NCBI GenBank assembly: GCA_951406725.2
Contig: OX597817.1
Location: 116,188,001 to 116,252,000 of the forward strand
DNA: 64,000 nt
Direction: 5' to 3'
Source: Octopus vulgaris
Taxonomy: Eukaryota
Shown: piece by piece, positions 55,482-64,000 of the stretch
Layout: each line of letters opens with the position of its first letter
Position numbering within the stretch: the first letter of the stretch is position 1
Notes under the pieces: generated by a model
Databases searched by the model: none
The model's input: the letters and a program-made list of their open reading frames with translations, nothing else
Told to the model about the DNA's origin: nothing
Made by a program: the position numbers and the translations under genes

Positions 55482-56749
55482 TTGGGTTGGCAACTAAGTT
55501 CTCACCGTGTTTTTAAATTTAAATTTTTTAAAAAGTTTAACAAAAAATAACAATTAATTAATCAATAATGTATTAACCCTTCTCGGTTACAACTTCGTCC
55601 CAACGTTTAACAAGTTTTTCAATACCTCGTTGGTAGAAATCACCAGATTTCGACTCGAAAAATTGATCCAACCAAGCTCTCAATTCTGCATCAGTTTTCA
55701 ACGAAACTCCGCGCGTAGCAATTGAAAGAGATGGAAAGAGGTGGAAATCTGTTGGTGCCAAATCAGAAGGATACGGCGGGTGTGGCAGCACTTCCCAGCC
55801 ATGGTCATATTGGCGATATGAGGGCGTGCGTTGTCGTTCAGCAGCAGAAATCCATGCTGCCGATTAGGCCTCTTTCCTTGAATAGCCGTGATGTAGTCGT
55901 TTAATCTGTTGAACATATAGTTTCGCGTTGACCGTTTGGTTCCATTCAAGTAATTCGTAATGGATAATCCCTTCCCAGTCCCACCATACGCACAAGATCG
56001 TTTTACGCGGGTGAAGATCTTGTTTCACGCGCAGTGTCGCTTGCTTACCGGGGCTAAGCCATTCCTTACGCTGGTTCATATTGATGTACAGGCACCATTT
56101 TTCGTTGCCAGTAACGATTCGGTAAAGAAATAGTTGGGTGTGTCCATCAGTTGAGCTGTGACGAACAAGCAAACCGGCGGAGATTGTGGATCGTTGATTT
56201 TTATTGTCACTTACGGCATGCCGAACACATGCTCCATACTTCTGAACCTTTCCCATCGAGTGAAGATGCTTCTCTATAACAGTGTTGGCGCATTCCATTT
56301 TTTCTGCCAGTTCCCTTGTCGTTTGACGAGAATTTTCGTGCAAAAGTTAATTTAATGGCTCTTCTTCGAACTCAACTGGACAGCCAGAACGAGGTGCGTT
56401 TTTGAGGTCAACATTTCCATTTTTGAACTTGTCATACCAATCACGAGCGGTTCTTTCAGCTATGGCACCCTCTCCATACACTGCACAAATTTCGAGAGCA
56501 GTATTTGTGGCCTTCGAACCTTGATTAAAAGCAAATAGAAGGAGGTGTCGAAAATGCCCGTTTTTTCTTAACTTGACATTCAATCTGTAATGATCTGAAA
56601 ATAAACAAAAATCAACTAAATTTAACTAGCAAACAAAAGATTCCGAAATGATTCAAAAATAGAATTCTCGAAAAAACTAGATTCCAAAATTTAAAAACGC
56701 AATAAATTCCAAAATTAAAAAAACCGCGGAAACCTAGTTGCCAACTGAA
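55482..56749 (-). mobile_element. Full-length (~1.27 kb) mariner DNA transposon, mellifera-subfamily-like, inactive
   Basis: Imperfect TIRs ttgggttggcaactaagtt / aacctagttgccaactgaa, with TA on the right side only; transposase remnants inside. Confidence 0.92.
55559..56586 (-). pseudogene. Mariner transposase pseudogene
   Basis: HFRHLLLFAF..CAVYG..RSGCP; RIVTGNEKW (decayed TGDEKW); LCVWWD; LNDNARPH; HPPYPSDLAPTDFHLF. Stops and frameshifts present. Confidence 0.92.
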
Positions 56750-59514
56750 TATATAAATAAAATACTGTTTATACTACAAGCCTTCGTGTCAAGTTTTCTG
56801 TCACTCGGACATTATTTTAGAACGTGTGGCACAAATAGTAGAATGTAAAATAAATGTGTCAGTATATATAATTTTGTCGGTCATATGAGAAGCGATATTA
56901 TATTGAATTGATTTAACTCAATAACTCAATCTCTCCTTCATATTTCATTTTATACTAAATCAAAGAAAAAACAAAAGCTTTTGTTGATCTATGATATACT
57001 TATGTCGCTGATAGGTACAGGATATTATTTTTATACGATGTTTACAGTTTAAAAGTTATATAAACGTGCGTTTTACACAAAAAACATTCATTCTTTATTG
57101 AAAGTCTTTTGAAGTGACACTTTACAGATTTGTTAAATTGTAAAAATAAACTAGTAAGCTACTAGAAATAGAAAGCTACTAGACTCTTGTATTAGAATGA
57201 TCGATGCTGATACTGCAAAGTGATATCTGAGATGTGTTTAAATTTATTATAGCAATGTGTCATTTAAGATTATCACAATAAGTTACATAAAATTACTGAT
57301 GCACCAGATTAAATTGCAAGCAATAATGAGATTCGCTCCATAATATTCGACATCCACATATACTTAATATTCAATGTTGCAATTCACCGCTTCACAATCG
57401 ATAAAATCGGTAGTTGCTATTGTTCTTGTTGATTTTATAACGGTTCTCATAGTTCCTTAACCCGAAGTCCTGATGCAACATAGGTATGGTTAATTGTGTT
57501 TCCATGGTTGCCATATTGTTGTTTTATTCAGAAACGGGTATCAAAGATGCAATATTTGAATGTTATTTTGAGCAAGTGTCGCGAACACGTAAATGCTTCA
57601 TATTTACAAATTGTTGGCTTTTTACAATATAGGCTCAACTCTGTATATCTCCGCCTTCTTCTTCGTCAGCATGTCTGTTTTATGTTATCCAGGCAACATT
57701 TCGTTAGACATAAGAGAAGGGATGCTTTACTGTATTTAGTTTTCTCCTGTGGTCATATATAGGCTTCTATAAAATTGTTGTTAGGTATGCTGGATTCACG
57801 AGGATACCTTCAGCAAATTATGCCCAATCTAGTAAAAAAGAAAAACATGACACACTGCATTCTGTAGTTTTAGATATACTATGTCGTAAAACAAAATGGT
57901 ATTGTCAGCACTACGATGTTTTGACAGTATTTTCTTTTTATCAGACCTGACCAGCGATTAAACGACAACGTCAAAATCAGATATTTTGATGGATTCATTG
58001 AATCCATGAATCTACCTGGTTCTACCTAATCGAAATAACCGCCAAATAAACCCCAGTTTACGTACTACAGTCTCGAATAAAGAAATGAGATAAAAATGAT
58101 TATATATTATCATAAAAAGACAAGGATTGAGCTAGAAAGATATTGTTCAGAGATTATATCTATCAGACTGGCTGACATACAGCACAACAGCCTAAATTCC
58201 GTCAATACTAACGAAAGAGAAGGTTGCAAATAGCCACTTCGGAGGTCACAAATAGCAGAGTCATTTTCCTCATTTTCAAACTTATAGACTTAAGAAAAAT
58301 GTTTATTGCATAATTTAGTTTTACCTATATTGTCAGAATTAAACTGGCCCCAGAAGTGATCAGCAATAAAAAATATCATTATGATATCTGTTTCAACTGC
58401 GCTACTTTTCATGTGCAATCAGGATGCAGCAAGAGGCTTTGACTCGCGGAAACACATAAATACTTACCTCGATCGATTAAACAGAATTCTTATAAGAAAC
58501 TTCGATAAGGAACAACAACTAATGCAGCCAGCAGATAATGTTGTCTCTCAGTAATCATTAACCTGCTGGCAATAGAATTATGTTTCTACTTTAGAAACTT
58601 ACTGATATAAAACGAGCAAACATTGTTGACAATACATTTTCTTAATTGCGTGTATAATTCTTGGGGAAGGTTTCTATTATTTATAGATATGTGATGGATA
58701 CACCCCTGCATGATCATTGCTTTGATGGCTAAATCAGATTTATGAAGTAAAGTGGCAAAATGCATCTAAATTGAAATTCGTCACAAATTATTACAGAACG
58801 GCTCAGATTAAAACATCTTCTGTTGCAATTATTTTATGTACTCGAATTGTAGGAGAGCTTTTCCAATAACAGGGTAGCAGAGAAACATACTTTAACAGAA
58901 TATAATTTTTTCTGAACGATTTGTCGTAAAAATACAACCGAATCTAAACGATCTTTTAAAAGAATTCACTTCCAGATGTCAAGTTGAGGCTTGCTTCATA
59001 ATACACTTCATATATACCAACTGTTGTTTGCGTATTATTTTCCTTTTCAGCCTTTCTGAAGCCAGGCATTTAGACCTTTGATGAAAGTCATTTCGGAACT
59101 GACATCGCTGTGTTTTAGGCATACGTCTAAGAGGAATGTTTTTAGATATATTCCTATTCTTTTTCACTTAGAAAATGTATACATGTTTGGATAGTTGATC
59201 TTTAATGTTCAAGCCACAACTGTTGACCAGAATGTCTCCCTCTATCGGACTAATGTTTTCCAAAGAAAAAAACAGGAGTGTTTACCTTCGGAAGGCAGAT
59301 GATCATGAGATTTAGCGCAATGTATCTGCTTCAACTTATCAAGCTACCTACTTCTACTGTTTTAAACTGGTATTTGTTTGTCGGACCTTAAAATGTGAAC
59401 GTCAGAGTACATCAAAGGTGATCCTGATCGGATTTGTGTGTGTGTGTTTGTCGGTGTGTGAGACGTGGACAAAATCTAATGTCATGAACACATATATAAA
59501 CGTATATACATATC

Positions 59515-59677
59515 ACGGATTTTTTTTCAGTTTTCGTCTACCAAATCCACACACAAAGCTGTGATCGCCCCGGAGCTATAGTACAAGACACTTGCCCCAA
59601 GGCACCTCACAGTTGGACTGAAGCCAAAGCCAAGTGGTTAGGAGGCAACCGTTTTATGATACAGCCATCCCTGTACC
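59515..59677 (-). mobile_element. SINE family B 5' fragment
   Basis: tcgtctaccaaatccacac...gctatagtacaagacacttgcc...gactgaagcc. Confidence 0.7.
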
Positions 59678-60529
59678 TATGAGTTAAATTTACATTACAA
59701 AAATGGTAACTAATTTACTAAACCCTATATTAATTCCATTGGTATTTTTTTGTAGTGGCTGTGTTCGTTATTCCAGTTTTCTAATGATAATGCCGCATTT
59801 GATAATCAATGTGAACTCATTCAGGCTAAATATGCTTCCAAGTTATTGCTTTCATTTTATTGTAATAGTAAAAGCGACCGGCTCCTAATCATATTTTCTT
59901 ATTAGACAATCGTTTCATTCAAATATGTCTATAGATTAAGATACACCGAGTTATTCTATATATGTTACATTTAATGGGAAATCCTTGCAAAAGAAAGGCG
60001 AATTTTTCACTTCCTAAATGATTTTTATGCGAACAGCACGCAGATTTATCTGCGATAATGGTGGTAAAAAACTTTCCATAGACTATGTATCACTTCCTCT
60101 GAGGAATTAACGGCGAAAGGAAATGAAATGAGCCCAACTAGAAATCATAAACGTTTAAATGAAACGAGCTGATATTAGTGAAAAATTGTTCAAATAACGT
60201 GGGTAGTTTCAAACATGAATATTTAATTCTTCTTCGCGAACTCTTGTCAGGAGCAATTTGGATTGCAGCCTACTTTCCGTTGCATTAGACACAGAAATAA
60301 ATATTTTACTTGTTACACTGACAGGAAAATATCATAGTTCACCAAATAACTATATGACAGTTGATGTCTATCCGAGTTTCCTTTCTCTTCATAATCAGAA
60401 TTCGTGTCTGAATTAATAAACAAAGTGAATAGGAATGATAGCCATAAGTATAAACAATTTTGTTGCAAAGACATGCGTGCACACGCGCGCGCACAAACAC
60501 ACAGACACGCACGCACACATATTACACGA

Positions 60530-60639
60530 TTGGTTAGCCCAGGGCTATAATAGAAGTCACTTGCCGTAGGCGCCACGTATCGGAACTGAAACCGGAAGTA
60601 TGCGATTGGGAAGCAAAATTTCATACCATACAGCCCGCC
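60530..60639 (-). mobile_element. SINE family B 5' fragment
   Basis: gggctataatagaagtcacttg...gccacg...aactgaaaccggaa. Confidence 0.7.
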
Positions 60640-60887
60640 TATACATACGTGTATATACATTATATGTCAATGTCAATATATAATATGTAAAGGTAAGATC
60701 TAAGGAATAATATGTAGGAAGTTAGTAAGCATCGAGCAATCAGTTGAAGGTATAAGAAAGAACTTTTAGAAACAATAGTAGTTTGTTCATGGAAAATGGA
60801 AATTTTTCACATATTGCAGTTTGATAAACTAAGTTATTTCATAGCTCACGGTAGCAGCTGCTGTTTCTGTGTATGGGAAGAAAAGTC

Positions 60888-61256
60888 CAAATTTGAGGAA
60901 TGGTGTAGGTAAGATCCAGGCTACATATGTTTCCTTGATAGCAGAACTATGGAAGTAGTGATTGCTTAAAGAATGGTACTCTGCTAGCTACGCATCAGGC
61001 CAAAGACAAATTAATCAAATGAATGTTCCATTGTCGTCAAAGGATCCCATGTTAATTCGCTGAAGATTTGATCGAAATCTCGTGCGAGTTAACACAGGAT
61101 CCGTTGATGACAACAAGACATTCATTTGTCGAAGTTAGCTTTGGCCTGATGAGTAACTAGCGGAGTAACCTTCGTTAGTTAATTATAACCTCCGTGGGTC
61201 TGCCACCTAGGAAGCATATGTGGACTGGATCTAACCTACTGCATTCCCTAAATTTG
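60888..61256. repeat. ~370-bp foldback palindrome (MITE-like)
   Basis: Arms pair throughout: gtaggtaagatccag/ctggatctaacctac, atcaggccaaag/ctttggcctgat, caaatgaatgt/acattcatttg, tgttaattcgc/gcgagttaaca. Centre is near 61072. Confidence 0.9.
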
Positions 61257-61639
61257 CTCTCACACATACATACACACAAACACACACATAAATACATGTC
61301 CGTATGTGTGTGTACATGGACCCCTGCGCATGCACAATTTCATCAAGAAATAAAACATTGATAATGGATCCAAGAATTTGTCAGTCGCTGTCTTCGATGG
61401 TCTGTCTGAGAAAACCAAACACGTTCCAAACGTCGTAGTTCTTATCAATATTTTCCTTTTAAGAATCAATATGATCTTGAATTTGATTGAATGGTGTAAT
61501 AGGTAGCGTTTGATTGCTTTATAAATAAATTTACGTAATCTCAAATACTACAAACACATTCTTTTATTCTTTTATTCTGCAAACATATACTTACATTAAT
61601 ACATATATATGCATAAACATATAGACATATGTAAAGATC

Positions 61640-61688
<49 letters not shown>

Positions 61689-62088
61689 TGTGTGTATATG
61701 TATCTATACATATATATGTGTGTGTTTGTGTGTATCGTGAAGTAAATTTGTCACCTAAACATGGCTAACATTTAAGGGTCGATGCTACTGTAGCTTGTAG
61801 CCCCAGGAAGACATCCCCTCCAGGTGGCTACCGACACACTATATGTGCCCTACCAACATTTACAAAGGGAAGTCATCATTCCCATCTCCAGCCTGACGTG
61901 ACACCCATGGACCCAAGTTTCTGGGTAGTTAGTCGTAATCAGCGTGTGACAACCACCGGTTGGCTATGGGAAATGGTTCTCAATGCAAATATATATACTT
62001 TTTCGAAAAGTGGAAGCATACAATAGTAAATCTCTGAATGTCTATACAAGCAGACAGACACCCACTCACACCCACACCCACAACACAC

Positions 62089-62122
<34 letters not shown>

Positions 62123-62162
62123 CAAAATAGGAGGTTATTTCCACACACGGTATATATATACA

Positions 62163-62204
<42 letters not shown>

Positions 62205-62228
62205 ATATGTTACATTACTCGATAGTCA

Positions 62229-62288
62229 AGATAAAACTCTGAGTTTCAGATGCCGAAGTGGGGATCCACGACATCTCTTCGGTTATCT
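62229..62288 (-). ncRNA. Type I hammerhead motif (U4C variant) in an inverted pLTR-like segment 62200-62543
   Basis: Minus strand: AGATAA-CCGAAGA-GATGTCG tggatccccactt CGGCATC-T-GAAA-CTC a GAG-TT|TTATCT. Confidence 0.7.
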
Positions 62289-62539
62289 GGCTATTTGAAA
62301 ACGCTATGAAAAAATACCGTTATACAAAAGGAAATTACTGTTATAATCCTGCTTGCCTGTGTACTTATACATCGCTCGCATTTTTCGCCATAAAAATTAT
62401 ATAAAAATACATAAAAAATATATAAAAAATATATAAAAATATACATAAAATATATGATAGAAGGTGTGATGAGGTAAATTTATAGACAAATTTCCTCTAT
62501 TTACATAATATTGAGGTCTCTTTCTTTCTTACCGTTTTA

Positions 62540-62580
<41 letters not shown>

Positions 62581-62581
62581 C

Positions 62582-63286
62582 GCCATCTGGTTTCTAGATT
62601 ATGAAACCAACTTCAAAAATGAACACATATCCAACAACCCCTTCATAAAATTAAGCAAATCAAAACCAAATACCAATAGAACGGAACAACCACCAAGAAA
62701 TCCTACCACACTCTACACCAGAAAAGTACACCTAAAACACACCCCACACTACCTACACCAACCCCAAAACACCTACAGAGGCCCACCACACCAGTTCGAA
62801 AATAGACATACCAACAGAGCAGAACAACCACCAAGAAATCCAAACACACTCTACACCAGAAAAATGCATTTAAAACGCACCCCACACTACCTACACCAAC
62901 CCCAAAACACTTATAGGGTCCCACCACACCATTCCACGAACCTAAGAGCCACAACATACAATACTATAAAATACAACCCACATAACCAAACCAAAACGCT
63001 ACTACCAAACATCCACCCTAGGAACCAACCATACAAACCTAACAAACAACAAATGCACTACGGAGGAAACAACTACCAACACAATACACCTGAGGAACTA
63101 AGACGTAACACTAGGTTCAACAACAGACTCCAGAACAGAGCACCACAAACTCACTCTGACAATTATAACAACATGAGACAGATAAATAATAGCTTTGAAC
63201 ATAACTACACCAACCATTTTTTAGACCCCACACACAGGAACAGGGACACACGATGGCAAAGGACAAACAAAAGAAACCTCAGGTAA
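62582..63286 (+). CDS. PLE ORF1-like Asn/Pro/His/Thr-rich frame (5'-truncated at the TA tract)
   Basis: Frame 2 is open from 62582 (AIWFLDYETNFK...) to the TAA at 63284-63286, extending the listed ORF 62864-63286 upstream. Contains a 46-aa duplication. Confidence 0.65.
   Translation, partial: AIWFLDYETNFKNEHISNNPFIKLSKSKPNTNRTEQPPRNPTTLYTRKVHLKHTPHYLHQPQNTYRGPPHQFENRHTNRAEQPPRNPNTLYTRKMHLKRTPHYLHQPQNTYRVPPHHSTNLRATTYNTIKYNPHNQTKTLLPNIHPRNQPYKPNKQQMHYGGNNYQHNTPEELRRNTRFNNRLQNRAPQTHSDNYNNMRQINNSFEHNYTNHFLDPTHRNRDTRWQRTNKRNLR
62672..62935 (+). repeat. 138-bp in-frame tandem repeat, ~1.9 copies
   Basis: accaatagaacggaacaaccaccaagaaatcc at 62672 and accaacagagcagaacaaccaccaagaaatcc at 62810. Confidence 0.93.
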
Positions 63287-64000
63287 TTAAGATAATCAAT
63301 CTCTCAAACAAAGAACTTACACCTAACGAAATAAGCATACTCTCCAAAGGACTTAAATTTACACCCACACCACAACGTTCTAATTATTATGAAATGAAAG
63401 ATGATATTTCGGAATTTTGCAGAAAACTAAGACTCACCGAGGCATTTCAAGACAAACAAATAGAGGAGGACTCAATAGCTAGAAACAAGAGCAATTACAC
63501 CCCCACCAAAGGTAAGAATAAAGCCTTAGACCGCTACTGTGACTACATAACTAATTTCCCGTTTCAATTCATCAAGAAACAAAAACACAGCCCTAACTTC
63601 AACAAAAGAGAATGGAACGACCTCATCAAACTAAGAGAAGACAAAACAATAACAATTAAGGAGGCAGATAAGGGCAACGCGATAGTAATAATGAATACAA
63701 ACAATTATAAAAATTTAGTGCTATCCCTGTTAAGAGATGAAACGTATTATGAAAGGGCCCAACAGTATAACCAGCAAAAAATAATGCATAACCTTAGGAC
63801 ATTAATCAACACATACCAAGAAGGACTCACGAACAAGGAGTATGAATACATCACTAACTTCAAATGCAAATCGAGTTTGTTCTATGGTATCCCTAAGGTA
63901 CACAAAAGCCAAACCATTAGAGAAACGTGCAAAACATCCACCGACACACTCATCAAAATCCCTTCACCAAATGATCTTAAACTAAGACCGATAATAGCAG
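63253..64000 (+). CDS. PLE reverse transcriptase, N-terminal part (partial, open at window end)
   Basis: Frame 1 with no stops: MAKDKQKKPQVIKIINLSNKELTPNEISILSKGLKFTPTP...IKEADKGNAIVIMN...FYGIPKVHK...LRPIIA. The frame is open from 63205. Absent from the ORF track, presumably because it has no stop in the window. Confidence 0.92.
   Translation, partial: MAKDKQKKPQVIKIINLSNKELTPNEISILSKGLKFTPTPQRSNYYEMKDDISEFCRKLRLTEAFQDKQIEEDSIARNKSNYTPTKGKNKALDRYCDYITNFPFQFIKKQKHSPNFNKREWNDLIKLREDKTITIKEADKGNAIVIMNTNNYKNLVLSLLRDETYYERAQQYNQQKIMHNLRTLINTYQEGLTNKEYEYITNFKCKSSLFYGIPKVHKSQTIRETCKTSTDTLIKIPSPNDLKLRPIIA

Larger units (their letters stand above)
62579..64000 (+). mobile_element. Penelope-like retroelement, apparently young, continuing beyond the window
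   Basis: Two overlapping stop-free frames follow a (TA)n tract, and the second has PLE RT motifs. Confidence 0.92.

Noticed and set aside
58461-58565. Minus-strand GAG|GTAAGT donor with a possible upstream CAG acceptor
   Set aside because: Stops in all frames I checked and a weak polypyrimidine tract. A UTR exon cannot be supported without transcript data.
61051-61100. CTGAAGA...GAAA at the centre of the foldback, resembling a hammerhead
   Set aside because: No stem II, the cleavage triplet would be GUG, and the apparent stem I is explained by the palindrome.

Overview
This is AT-rich, microsatellite-dense eukaryotic non-coding DNA. The SINE and repeat repertoire resembles a coleoid cephalopod such as Octopus (recognised from memory, not searched). 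No host protein-coding exon could be supported, and most ORFs in the track are translations of simple repeats. All recognisable coding remnants are transposons: Penelope-like elements (PLEs), three R4/Dong-like LINE fragments next to (TAA)n tracts, a CR1-group LINE, an Ingi/Vingi-like LINE 3' end, a 958-bp Helitron with a PIF1 fragment nested in a SINE, and a full-length plus a fragmentary mariner. Other structures are two SINE families, a ~370-bp foldback palindrome and a near-identical 2.18-kb tandem duplication. The most interesting signals are (i) several distinct type I hammerhead ribozyme motifs in PLE pseudo-LTR-like segments, including two unrelated copies with a compensatory G3-C8 catalytic core and others with C4 or U6 variants, mostly abutting (TA)n tracts, and (ii) an intact-looking PLE at the right edge whose repeat-containing ORF1 overlaps the RT ORF at an in-phase U_UUU_UUA -1 frameshift heptamer.
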